Below are positions 1-8,584 of a stretch of DNA of 39,208 bases, piece by piece. This DNA is from Chlamydiales bacterium (GTDB taxonomy: Bacteria > Chlamydiota > Chlamydiia > Chlamydiales > JBFIDQ01): NCBI GenBank assembly GCA_041603795.1, contig JBFIDQ010000002.1, positions 1 through 39,208 on the forward strand, given 5' to 3'. The notes beneath the pieces were generated by a model. It did not search any database, was not told where the DNA came from, and worked only from the letters and a program-made list of their open reading frames with translations. Made by a program: the position numbers and the translations under genes. Each line of letters opens with the position of its first letter. The first letter of the stretch is position 1.

Positions 1-114
1 ATCGTGATCCGAATTGGGACGGCCGTCTCTCCGACTCTCGATGATAATATCGTGATCGCACCGAATGAGATATCCGCTTGGGACTCTTCTCGAATTACAG
101 TGACGGTGCCTTAA
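1..114 (+). CDS. 3' end of baseplate J-like gene (partial; continuation of 37828..39208 across a circular junction)
   Basis: Frame 1 is open from nt 1 to TAA 112-114 (IVIRIGTAVSPTLDDNIVIAPNEISAWDSSRITVTVP*). The window ends inside the baseplate J ORF. The first and last 7 nt are identical (ATCGTGA). The stop overlaps the next ATG (TAATG). Confidence 0.55.
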   Translation: MVIRIGTAVSPTLDDNIVIAPNEISAWDSSRITVTVP

Positions 115-791
115 TGACGGTCGAAAAAAACACACAACACGTCACGGACGCGCTTGATCGATTGATCGAGCAATATAAGGAATCTTCAAATGTCCGGAAG
201 ATGCTTCAATCACTCGTCCCTCAAGTGCAAGATCTTGAAGACGTTGTGCACGATCTCTTCACAAGCCGGACTTTGACCGCCTCCGAAGGAGCCCAATTGG
301 ACAAATTGGGAGAGCTCGTCGGACAAGATCGCGAAGGCTTTGACGATGATTTTTACAGGATTTTGATCACCGCCCGCATTGGAATCAATGTCTCGAATGG
401 TGAATACGAGAAGGTCTTGGATGTCTTTAAGCTTCTCACTCAATCCGCTCTCGTCCATTTACAAGAATGGTATCCCGCGGGATATGGCGTCACCGCCGAC
501 AATGAAGTCGATAATGACTTAATGAAATTTATTGCGAATTTAATGAAGCTCGTGGATCCCGCCGGCGTAAGGCTTGAGGGGATAATGTGCTTCAATGGAG
601 ACGAGGCTTTTGCCTTTGCCGGAGGCCCGGGGAATGCGAAGGGATTTGGGGACGACACGGATCCGCTTGAAGGGGGAGAATTTGGCTTCCTTCATGACTT
701 AAGTGTCCCTTTTGCATTTGACGGAGACGACACCGAAGCTCTCGGATTTGGGGACACTCAAGATCCGATAGCCGGTGGAGCATTTGAATAG
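114..791 (+). CDS. baseplate/tail protein, gpI / DUF2612-like
   Basis: Lies directly after baseplate J. Motif GAQLDKLGELVGQDREGFDDDFYRILITARIGINVSNGEYEKV resembles the LD.iG..vG..R...D..YR..I.aki..N.s.Gt signature. ATG 114 overlaps the upstream stop; a TTG at 78 is an alternative start. Confidence 0.5.
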   Translation: MTVEKNTQHVTDALDRLIEQYKESSNVRKMLQSLVPQVQDLEDVVHDLFTSRTLTASEGAQLDKLGELVGQDREGFDDDFYRILITARIGINVSNGEYEKVLDVFKLLTQSALVHLQEWYPAGYGVTADNEVDNDLMKFIANLMKLVDPAGVRLEGIMCFNGDEAFAFAGGPGNAKGFGDDTDPLEGGEFGFLHDLSVPFAFDGDDTEALGFGDTQDPIAGGAFE

Positions 792-815
792 TATTATCAA
801 TACAAGGAGAAAAAT

Positions 816-1415
816 ATGGCGAAGCCCTCAACACACATCGATTGGACGGACGGAGCTCCGGCGAAGGTCACGGAGCCGACGGCGGGGAAAAAATTAAGCG
901 GATGGCTCAAAGGCGAGCGACCGGCATTCCAATTCATGAATTTTTTATTCTTCCGAATTGACGAGTGGATCAAATACTTCGAAGCCGAGACGGATCTTTT
1001 GATCGGGCTCCAATCGATCTTTGATTATGTCGTCGGTGTCGGCGGGACTCATGCGGACATCAATGCTCTTATGGCCGACGGAAGTGTCGCCAATTATTCA
1101 AGAGTATTTGTGAAGGATGCGGCGACTTTGACAGTGACGCAAGTCATATCAAAAGAAGGAATGGACTTCACCTTCGGATCAAATGCTCATTATTCAAAAG
1201 GTGCGACTCTTGGAATTGCTCTTGATATCACCGCGCCAAATGTGTCGGTGAGAGGTGGACGCTTTTTGAATTGGGACGAGGCGGGAGGTCGAGGGATTCG
1301 ATTAAGTGCTCCGGCAACGGGAAGCATGATCGTTGAGAATCGCTTCAATAATTGTCCGACGGAGATTGAAGATCTTGGATCAAATAACTTAAAAGTTAAT
1401 AATATTACGGAATAG
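816..1415 (+). CDS. tail fibre / tailspike-type protein
   Basis: Strong SD (AAGGAG) before the ATG. The N-terminus (IDWTDGAP...ERPAFQFMNFLFFRIDEWIKY) looks like a fibre N-terminal attachment motif. The C-terminal part looks like a beta-helix. Position follows the baseplate genes. Confidence 0.5.
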   Translation: MAKPSTHIDWTDGAPAKVTEPTAGKKLSGWLKGERPAFQFMNFLFFRIDEWIKYFEAETDLLIGLQSIFDYVVGVGGTHADINALMADGSVANYSRVFVKDAATLTVTQVISKEGMDFTFGSNAHYSKGATLGIALDITAPNVSVRGGRFLNWDEAGGRGIRLSAPATGSMIVENRFNNCPTEIEDLGSNNLKVNNITE

Positions 1416-1424
1416 GAGATGAGA

Positions 1425-3296
1425 ATGAAAAAACTATGGCCATTTATAGCCTTGATTGTGGGGATTCCCCTTGCTTGGGCGGCACTGGAATATGATATCC
1501 CCAACAACGTCTTTAAGATGGGAGACGGTGGAGCGGTCAATGACAAGGAGCTCGTCTTCAATGTCGGAGACGGAGCCTCGAATCCAAGCATCACAATTGA
1601 TGCGACAAATAAAGACTTCACTTTAAATAAAGCTTTAAAGGTCGGGAATGCTCTTCTCCAATTGGGGACAGGATCTCCCGCCGACGTTGAGATCGAATTG
1701 GATTATGGACTCGGTGGAGCCGCAAATCCAAAGCTTATCTATAAGTCCGCGGACGATGCGTGGTTTTTTCGGAATGCAAATGGAGTCGATAAGAGAATCG
1801 GATCCGGTGGTGGAGGAGGCAAGAATGTCTTCAATCAATTGACAAATCCGGGCTTCGAGGACGGAGTGACTTCCAATTGGACAGCATCCGGACTTGTGCC
1901 GACGGAGCTCACAAATGCCGCTGATGTCGGGATCGGACTTAAGTCCGCTCGAATCGATTGCTCGGGAGCCGGTCAATATTACGAGGCCGATCTTGAGACT
2001 TTTGCGAATGTCGTTGTGGACGGATTTTCTTGTCAAGCTGACTTTAAGTATAAAGGAGGCGACGCTCTTTGGGATGTGAAAATTCTCGACGGAGCGGCGG
2101 CGGTCGTTGCGAGCGACACACTCTCCGCTTCGACGGATTGGAGAGATGCAAATTCGATTTATTTTCGATGCGATGCCCTTGGATCCGATCAAGCAAAAAT
2201 AAGATTTGAATGCACGGGCGATGCCGCCCAATTAGATCTCGATGAGGTATATCTCGGGAATATGACAGGCTTGAGTGAAGCCGCTCTCCCGGACACCTTT
2301 GGAGCCGCTTTAAATTCAAGCGGCAATGTGTTGACCGAGAGTGCCGATTTTATCGACGGAAGTTGCATCCACGCCGCGGCCGTGTACACATGCACATTTG
2401 TGAGTGGGTTATTTACCGTTGCTCCTTCATGTGTTGTCACCGCCAACGGAGGCGGTGGATCAAGCGAGAGGATTGCGACAATAAGAATATTAAGCACAAC
2501 GACACTCGAATATAGGACGGACATCGCTTCGACCGGTGTCGCTAATTCAAATCCGGCTCAAGTTATTTGCCAAAAGCAAGGAGTCGACGCAAAGCAGACT
2601 GTCCAAATTTTTCAAAACGTCCCAAAGGTCGCGGAGAATCTTAATCAATTCAGCATGAAGGGAAGCAATTCCGGAGTAGTGTCGGACGAGAATGCCGATT
2701 GGATTAATGGCAATTGCACCAACATAACACCAGGGGACTTTGCCTGCGCTTTTGTCGCCGGTACTTTTGACGCCGCTCCAAATTGTCAAGTGACGGCTCG
2801 AGTCGGTATCGACGGATATGGTGCTCATGTGACTTCCGTGTCGAATACATCGATCGGATTTACAACAACGGTCAACGGGACGACGTCTTCAAGTGTCGCT
2901 CACACTCTTAATTGCGAGAGGTCGACCGATCACAAGACCGTCGAAGTCCAGCCGATTGTCATTCGGCAAGTGGAGACGGGGTTAAAAGCCGGATTAATCA
3001 CGCATGAATGCCAAATTAATGGCACAAGCGGGACTCCATTATCCCAAACGACAACGCTTTGCGATTATTGGATCGACTCATATACCGATCTTGGGCCCGG
3101 GAATTATAGAGCAAATTTCAACGCCAATGCTTTCAAGCCCGGCGGCGAGGTCAATTGCACGTGCTCAAGCCTTGATAATGAGTCTTGTTATTTGGGAGCT
3201 CTCCCGACACCGTCTCTAGTTGAATTAGTGGCGAGAGATGCGGCGACAACACTCACAGATGCAAGGATATTTTTAACATGCACAGGAGAGAGATAA
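1425..3296 (+). CDS. receptor-binding tail fibre candidate with hydrophobic N-terminus, CBM-like segment and three Cys-rich repeats
   Basis: AGGAG lies 6 nt before ATG 1425; an ATG at 1419 is an alternative start. MKKLWPFIALIVGIPLAWAA resembles a signal peptide. NPGFEDG..W is a CBM-like box. Three modules of about 120 aa start near 2341, 2691 and 3057. Confidence 0.5.
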   Translation: MKKLWPFIALIVGIPLAWAALEYDIPNNVFKMGDGGAVNDKELVFNVGDGASNPSITIDATNKDFTLNKALKVGNALLQLGTGSPADVEIELDYGLGGAANPKLIYKSADDAWFFRNANGVDKRIGSGGGGGKNVFNQLTNPGFEDGVTSNWTASGLVPTELTNAADVGIGLKSARIDCSGAGQYYEADLETFANVVVDGFSCQADFKYKGGDALWDVKILDGAAAVVASDTLSASTDWRDANSIYFRCDALGSDQAKIRFECTGDAAQLDLDEVYLGNMTGLSEAALPDTFGAALNSSGNVLTESADFIDGSCIHAAAVYTCTFVSGLFTVAPSCVVTANGGGGSSERIATIRILSTTTLEYRTDIASTGVANSNPAQVICQKQGVDAKQTVQIFQNVPKVAENLNQFSMKGSNSGVVSDENADWINGNCTNITPGDFACAFVAGTFDAAPNCQVTARVGIDGYGAHVTSVSNTSIGFTTTVNGTTSSSVAHTLNCERSTDHKTVEVQPIVIRQVETGLKAGLITHECQINGTSGTPLSQTTTLCDYWIDSYTDLGPGNYRANFNANAFKPGGEVNCTCSSLDNESCYLGALPTPSLVELVARDAATTLTDARIFLTCTGER

Positions 3297-3868
3297 TGAA
3301 AAAATATTTGCTATTAGGATTTGCAATCTCCTTAAATTGCAGCGCGGGATATATGTCCCAATCGGATCTTGAGTCTTGTGAAAATAGCCGGACAAATTAC
3401 ACAAGAAAATCAAAGTGCGAGGCTTCGGAAGGAGCTTCTTGCTTCGAAGTCCCAAGCGGATATGAGTGTGCTTATCATCGAGTCACCGCTCAAGATGAGG
3501 ACGATCTCTCAAGTCCGATCTTCACAAAGAGTGAAGTGGAAGCTTGTGCGGATCAAGACGATTGTGATTCGATGCACGCGGCAAAATCTTGCACGGACAC
3601 CGAAGAGACGGCGATCAAGAATTATGATTCTCTCGAAGTGTATTGCTCAAAAGATTCCGGGACATTTAATCAAAAGAGCGTCACAAAAGCTCGTGAAGAT
3701 GCTTCACTTAAGAGCTCTCATAATGCTTCGGAAGCGGCAAAGACCGCCGCGGAGGATGCGAAAATGAATGCCCTTAGAGCCGTGAAGGCGAAGCTCGAAT
3801 CGAATGCTCCATTGAGTGACGTCGATCGCGACAAAGTGATCGAGCATCTTTTAAGGCAAATTGAATAA
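3296..3868 (+). CDS. Cys-rich lipoprotein (o-spanin-like or exclusion protein candidate)
   Basis: TAATG overlap with the upstream stop, with GGAGAG upstream. MKKYLLLGFAISLNC looks like a lipobox. There are many Cys residues and a C-terminal helical, charged tail. Confidence 0.55.
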   Translation: MKKYLLLGFAISLNCSAGYMSQSDLESCENSRTNYTRKSKCEASEGASCFEVPSGYECAYHRVTAQDEDDLSSPIFTKSEVEACADQDDCDSMHAAKSCTDTEETAIKNYDSLEVYCSKDSGTFNQKSVTKAREDASLKSSHNASEAAKTAAEDAKMNALRAVKAKLESNAPLSDVDRDKVIEHLLRQIE

Positions 3869-3877
3869 GGAGTGATC

Positions 3878-4228
3878 ATGTTTTTTAAGTATTGGGAGAT
3901 CATTAAGGGACTTGCTCCGATTTTAATTAAGCTCGATGCGGCGACAAGGACAGTCGCCTTTGTCGTGGTGTGCGTCTTCTTCTCTTCCAAATACTTAATC
4001 GATTATGTCGACGCGAAGCACTTGGAAGTAAATTCAAAAATCGAGAAGGAGCAAGGCGTGCTCAAAGAAAATCTTGTCGATAAAATGGACGCACAACACA
4101 AAGTGATCGTCGCACTTATGGGAGCCATGAAGGAAGATGCCCAAAGGACACGAGAAGGAGTCCAAGAGACTAGACGCAATGTCCTTCAAATTTATAAGGA
4201 TTTGAGTGCTCTTAAGAAGACAAATTGA
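3878..4228 (+). CDS. N-terminally membrane-anchored coiled-coil protein (i-spanin- or holin-like)
   Basis: AAGGAG lies 5 nt before the ATG. One TM segment (VAFVVVCVFFSS) is followed by a charged helical region. Confidence 0.4.
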   Translation: MFFKYWEIIKGLAPILIKLDAATRTVAFVVVCVFFSSKYLIDYVDAKHLEVNSKIEKEQGVLKENLVDKMDAQHKVIVALMGAMKEDAQRTREGVQETRRNVLQIYKDLSALKKTN

Positions 4229-4274
4229 GGGCCTTGATATTTAATATTTATTCATTTTAATTAAGGAGAATCAA

Positions 4275-4634
4275 ATGAGTGGACAGCATGGAGTAAAAAA
4301 TCTTTGGCCAATGGTAGCTCTCGGAGTAGAGCTTGGGAATGTCGCGGACGACTTTGGGAGATCCAAAGGCGCGGCGAGATACCTTCATTTAATGGACTTA
4401 TTCGACGAGCTTATGGGCTTGGGGAAGGTCGACTTTAAATTGGCAAAAGAAGAGCTCAAGGAGCTTGACGGTGCGGATCGTGATGAGCTTAAGTCTCTCA
4501 CAAAAGCAAAATTCGACATCGAAGATGATAAGCTTGAGCACGCAATCGAAGAAGCAATGGACATTCTCGAGATGCAATATCAGGTCGTCGACAAGTCTCT
4601 CGCTTTGGCGAAGAGTCTTAAAAAATCGGAATAA
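4275..4634 (+). CDS. hypothetical acidic protein
   Basis: AAGGAG SD before the ATG. ORF of 119 aa with no recognised motif. Confidence 0.5.
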   Translation: MSGQHGVKNLWPMVALGVELGNVADDFGRSKGAARYLHLMDLFDELMGLGKVDFKLAKEELKELDGADRDELKSLTKAKFDIEDDKLEHAIEEAMDILEMQYQVVDKSLALAKSLKKSE

Positions 4635-4637
4635 AAG

Positions 4638-5384
4638 ATGAGGAAGATCATGTCTTCCATTTGGGGAGCGAGCATTGTCTTGCTCCTCACTTCTTGCTCC
4701 GCATTTGATGTGAAGCAAGCCGTGGATCCGGACACAATTTATAAGAGAGACTTTGAGCTCAATGTGAATGGTCAAAAAGGGACGGGGATCCTCGTCGCCA
4801 AATACGCCAAAGAATATAAGATCCACATGAGATCCAAGGGGAAGCTTGATCTTCTCACGATCGAATCATGCCATCGCTCGGAGTCATTCGAGAAGGCAAG
4901 CAATATGGAAGAAGTCACCGTGAGGAGATTTTTTCGAAAAAAGAAGAAGCTTAAAAAGGACTCAAGTGCCTTTGAATATATTTATAAGCCTGTCCCTGGA
5001 ATTGAAGACGTGAGCTCTTGTCCCCTCCTTATTGGGGGATATGACGAGAAGGGAAGGCATTCATGGGCGATGATCGAATTCGAGTCACCACAATGGATCC
5101 TCGAAGGCCATTTGGGATGTAATGGGGACAAGGAGTCCGCTCTCGGAGTGTCCGCTTGTCAGTCAAAAGAAGGGCTCATTCAATTGATCTCCTTCGATGT
5201 GCCGGTCAAGATCTCCCCGGATCCTCAATGTCCTATCGAGCAATTATCCCCAAAGGAATTCCAATTGGAGATCCGGAAGGATCATTGTGCTTATGTCTTC
5301 ATGGAGAGTGAAGGCGAGAAGAGAATTCACCGACTCATTACAGTCGGATTTGAGAAGATACTTTTTAGGGAGGTGCTCCAATGA
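4638..5384 (+). CDS. lipoprotein
   Basis: MRKIMSSIWGASIVLLLTSC looks like a signal peptide plus lipobox. An ATG at 4650 is an alternative start. Confidence 0.55.
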   Translation: MRKIMSSIWGASIVLLLTSCSAFDVKQAVDPDTIYKRDFELNVNGQKGTGILVAKYAKEYKIHMRSKGKLDLLTIESCHRSESFEKASNMEEVTVRRFFRKKKKLKKDSSAFEYIYKPVPGIEDVSSCPLLIGGYDEKGRHSWAMIEFESPQWILEGHLGCNGDKESALGVSACQSKEGLIQLISFDVPVKISPDPQCPIEQLSPKEFQLEIRKDHCAYVFMESEGEKRIHRLITVGFEKILFREVLQ

Positions 5385-5581
5385 CGGCGACTATAATCAC
5401 GGCACTTTTGCCATTTGCGATCAAGATCCTCTCCCTTTATTTTGAGAGTAAGGACGTCGACAAAAAGTCAAAATTGGATTGGAAGCAATTCCTCGAGAAG
5501 GTGCAATCCAAGCCCTCGACATCGGTGAGGCTCAAGAAGTCCGTCGACGCCCAATTGGATCGATTAAGGAAGCAAGTATGA
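5381..5581 (+). CDS. small membrane protein, holin candidate
   Basis: GGAGG SD and ATGA overlap. One N-terminal TM segment (IITALLPFAIKILSLYF) precedes a basic C-terminal tail. Lies immediately upstream of the lysin and overlaps its start. Confidence 0.4.
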   Translation: MTATIITALLPFAIKILSLYFESKDVDKKSKLDWKQFLEKVQSKPSTSVRLKKSVDAQLDRLRKQV

Positions 5582-6075
5582 TGCCTTTTTGGGCCATGAA
5601 GCTTCCGTGGCATCTCATTTCATTCCAAGCGGCGATCCATTCGATCGATCCGACTCTTGTCGCTTCGGTGATAATGGTGGAGAGCTCGGGAAGACCGGCG
5701 GCGATTCGATATGAGAAAAATTTTCGGTGGACTCTCCACATCCACCATTTTGCGGACATGAATAATATCACACACGACACCGAGCTCATGCTCCAAAAGA
5801 GCTCCTTCGGACTCATGCAAGTCATGGGAGCCGTTGCGAGAGAGCTCGGATATCAAAAGAATTTGTCCAAATTAATCGAGCCAAAGACGGGGATTGAATA
5901 CGGATGCAAAAAGCTCCGACAATTATTCGACAAGCATGGCTCCAAATTGGACGACGTAATCGCTTCTTATAATGCGGGGAGCCCTCGATATAATGAAGAA
6001 GGCGAATATGTGAATGCACGATATGTGAAAAAAGTGCGAAAATATATGAGAGAGCTTAAGGGAGATCCAAATTGA
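5578..6075 (+). CDS. lytic transglycosylase (SLT-domain) endolysin
   Basis: SLT signatures are present: VMVESSGRPAA, SFGLMQVMG and ASYNAGSPRY. ATG 5578 overlaps the upstream stop (ATGA). The track ORF from 5479 is an upstream extension. Confidence 0.8.
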   Translation: MMPFWAMKLPWHLISFQAAIHSIDPTLVASVIMVESSGRPAAIRYEKNFRWTLHIHHFADMNNITHDTELMLQKSSFGLMQVMGAVARELGYQKNLSKLIEPKTGIEYGCKKLRQLFDKHGSKLDDVIASYNAGSPRYNEEGEYVNARYVKKVRKYMRELKGDPN

Positions 6076-6458
6076 GCGAGACTTTGATCCCAAAAAATAC
6101 CGGGACAAGTGCCACGCAAGTCAAGAAGACGGCGTCGGAGACTATAAGTGCGCTCAAAATGGTGACGGCGACCGATTTGAATACGGTCGAGCTCTCGGAT
6201 CCTTCGACATTCGACGGATCAAAAACAATGGGGATCTCAATCACCGCCGGGAATGTCGGCGAGAAGATTAAGGTTGTGACTTTTGGAGAAGTCAAAGATG
6301 GGACATTTTCCTTTGCTTTGAATGCTCCACTTTATTTGGGATCGGGGGGAGTGATTACGGACACACCTCCGACAAGCGATTTTAGTGTAATGATCGGACA
6401 TGCTCTTGGGAGCGGTGCGATCTTTATTGATATTCAAGAACCAATCGAATTTTGCTAG
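6072..6458 (+). CDS. hypothetical beta-rich structural-type protein (DUF2190-like pattern)
   Basis: TTG start with GGAGA 6 nt upstream and a TTGA overlap. The pattern G..G..I.V..fG....f.....PLYLG.GG.I...P......IGHALG...I.IDI resembles the next ORF and 27022..27471. Confidence 0.4.
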   Translation: MSETLIPKNTGTSATQVKKTASETISALKMVTATDLNTVELSDPSTFDGSKTMGISITAGNVGEKIKVVTFGEVKDGTFSFALNAPLYLGSGGVITDTPPTSDFSVMIGHALGSGAIFIDIQEPIEFC

Positions 6459-6467
6459 GAGGCAAAT

Positions 6468-6980
6468 ATGGCTGCAAAGAGTTTTTTAAGGTTAGTAGCG
6501 GGGAAAATAAAGGCGATTCAAGCGGTCGTCACTTCGGCGGGAGTCGCAAATGATGGGGACATCGTCGCTCTTGATGCCGCGGGAAGATTGGATCCTTCCG
6601 TGATGCCGGTCGGTGTCGGCCCGGACGTGACAAATCTCCCTTCTTTTGAAAATCTCACTTCCGGAGATTATGTAAATATTTTCGATGATTCCGGGACAGT
6701 GAAGGCAAGGAAGGCCGACAATTCAAACGGTCGAGCCGCTCATGGATATATCAAAGACACCGTTGTCGCTCCGGCGGCGGTCAATGTTTTTTACGAGGGA
6801 GCGAATGCAAATCTCGCCGGACTCACAAAAGGCGCGAGAATATATCTTGGAGTGACCGGTGGAATTATTGAGGCACCACTTGTCCCAATCACCGACGCCG
6901 GGAAGATACATCAATTCCTTGGAGTCGCAATATCTCCGACGGAAGTGAATACAGACATTGACGATTGTATTCAATTATAA
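6468..6980 (+). CDS. hypothetical beta-rich structural-type protein (paralogue-like of 6072..6458)
   Basis: AGGAGG SD. Shares the C-terminal pattern (GARIYLGVTGGIIEAPL...QFLGVAISPTEVN) with the neighbouring ORF. Confidence 0.45.
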   Translation: MAAKSFLRLVAGKIKAIQAVVTSAGVANDGDIVALDAAGRLDPSVMPVGVGPDVTNLPSFENLTSGDYVNIFDDSGTVKARKADNSNGRAAHGYIKDTVVAPAAVNVFYEGANANLAGLTKGARIYLGVTGGIIEAPLVPITDAGKIHQFLGVAISPTEVNTDIDDCIQL

Positions 6981-6989
6981 GGATCAAGA

Positions 6990-7187
6990 ATGGCTCATGA
7001 GAGGAATGTTATATCGCTTTTGACCGGGAAGAAGATCGCAAAATCAATTTGGGATATTTTTCTTTTTATCGAGAGGACATTCCCGCCCGGTGAGCTTATC
7101 GATATTCCATCCGACAAAGTGCTCCAAATGCATTCACCTCGAATCGACGGAGAGCTTCGACCGGATGGGGAGGCATATATATTATGA
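6990..7187 (+). CDS. hypothetical protein
   Basis: AAGGA before the ATG. The stop overlaps the next start (ATGA). Confidence 0.35.
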   Translation: MAHERNVISLLTGKKIAKSIWDIFLFIERTFPPGELIDIPSDKVLQMHSPRIDGELRPDGEAYIL

Positions 7188-7681
7188 GCGATGGCACGAT
7201 TAACTTCCCGGTGAGAGCAACACCTCCGGCGACGCCCGCCGCGGGAAGATTAAAATTTTGGGCGGATTCAACGACAAAAGTCCCTTTTTACACGGACGAT
7301 GCGGGGATATCAAAGTCCATCGCGCCTCCGAGCTCGCCGATAAGATTGTCTTATAACCGGAACACAAAGACGACGTCCGGGACTTACGAGATCCTTGCAT
7401 TCTTTGGATTTGATGGGACGACGGAGCTCGGTGTCCCCACTAAAATACTCGCCGTCGCTCAAATGACAGGCGCGACCGATTACAGCATAAGAGTATTTGA
7501 TGAGACGAATAGTCTCGTGATCGCGGAGCTTACCGGTCAAACGAACACCGTGCCTTCAATTGTGAATCTCGGATCTTTGACAAATCTCCCCACCGGGCCA
7601 GCAGTATTCTCTATTCAAATGCTCCGGACGGGGACAGGCTCACAATCGGCGGGCATTAATGCGATGTCGATTAAATTTTAA
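7184..7681 (+). CDS. fibre-like structural protein candidate
   Basis: The N-terminal motif PPATPAAGRLKFWADSTTKVPFYTDDAGISK resembles the P.tP..G...ly.d....l.y.d..G box seen at the N-termini of phage fibre/appendage proteins. Confidence 0.4.
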   Translation: MSDGTINFPVRATPPATPAAGRLKFWADSTTKVPFYTDDAGISKSIAPPSSPIRLSYNRNTKTTSGTYEILAFFGFDGTTELGVPTKILAVAQMTGATDYSIRVFDETNSLVIAELTGQTNTVPSIVNLGSLTNLPTGPAVFSIQMLRTGTGSQSAGINAMSIKF

Positions 7682-7689
7682 GGATACGC

Positions 7690-8316
7690 ATGAGCTATAA
7701 TTATAAAATTTTTTGTGAGGATGATCAAAAATGGGAGAGCTTCGACTCTCTTATGCCTCGCGAGGTGTGCCCAATCAATCCCACTCACACAATAAGGCAA
7801 GGGTCAATGTCTTTGATTGGGGAGTCCAATTCAGACTATAAAGTATTAAGAGAGAATTTAATGATCCAAGTCGCGACGGAGGGATTTGCAAATCTTACTC
7901 TCGAGGAGAAGGAGATCGCATCGTCTCATTTTTGCGTCTTAAAAGTGGATCGAGACACCGTCCACACAATCAAAGAGCAAATCGAGAATGGGATTATCTT
8001 CCACAAAAAATCGGTGGACTCAAGAAAATTAAGAAGGAATGCCGCCGAAGGTGAGGTCTATAATCGAATACAAGACGGGCTCGAGCAATCCGACTTAATG
8101 AATGACGTGATCACCATGCTCGACACTTATGTGAATTTTGGAATCGAAGGCACTTTGGAAGGGGACTTGATTGGGCTCTTTGATTACCTTGAATCAAGAG
8201 TCGGGACTCCATTTGAGGGAGCGGGCCTCCTTGAGAAGACTTACACGGTCGAAGGAATGACGATCGCTCAATTATCGGTCAAGTTAATGGATATTTTTAA
8301 AGGTGGAATATATTAA
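7690..8316 (+). CDS. hypothetical protein
   Basis: AAGGA SD. ORF of 208 aa with no recognised motif. Confidence 0.5.
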   Translation: MSYNYKIFCEDDQKWESFDSLMPREVCPINPTHTIRQGSMSLIGESNSDYKVLRENLMIQVATEGFANLTLEEKEIASSHFCVLKVDRDTVHTIKEQIENGIIFHKKSVDSRKLRRNAAEGEVYNRIQDGLEQSDLMNDVITMLDTYVNFGIEGTLEGDLIGLFDYLESRVGTPFEGAGLLEKTYTVEGMTIAQLSVKLMDIFKGGIY

Positions 8317-8584
8317 GACGATATATCAAATCCCATTCAATTTATTTTTGGCACTCGATCAATTGCTCAACACGCTTCTTCTTGGGCATCCGGACGAGAC
8401 ACTCTCCTCGAGACTTGGACGGACAATTGGGAGGGAGAGATATTTTTGGGTGCGATGGCTTCGAATTTTTGTCGACGCACTATTCTTCTTCGACGAGTAT
8501 CATTGCCACAATGCGATCATGCCTCTCGAGCAAGAAAATTTTCGGCGTTTTATAGATTATGAGATTTGGAGATGGAATAAATGA
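8303..8584 (+). CDS. hypothetical protein (DQLLN..LG.PDETLSSR motif)
   Basis: GTG is the only in-frame start after the stop at 8285-8287, and the SD is weak. I recall this motif from small phage proteins but cannot name the family. Confidence 0.35.
   Translation: MEYIKTIYQIPFNLFLALDQLLNTLLLGHPDETLSSRLGRTIGRERYFWVRWLRIFVDALFFFDEYHCHNAIMPLEQENFRRFIDYEIWRWNK

Noticed and set aside
1635-2231. A 198-aa minus-strand ORF. Similar long antisense or alternative-frame ORFs occur at 9529..10155 (+), 33901..34452 (-), 35650..36096 (-) and 36732..37274 (-).
   Set aside because: Each lies entirely inside a well-supported gene (fibre, exonuclease, tape measure, hub, spike). They have no SD and show low-complexity, Pro/Ser/Arg-rich translations. 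The strong codon and oligonucleotide bias of this genome keeps off-frames open by chance.
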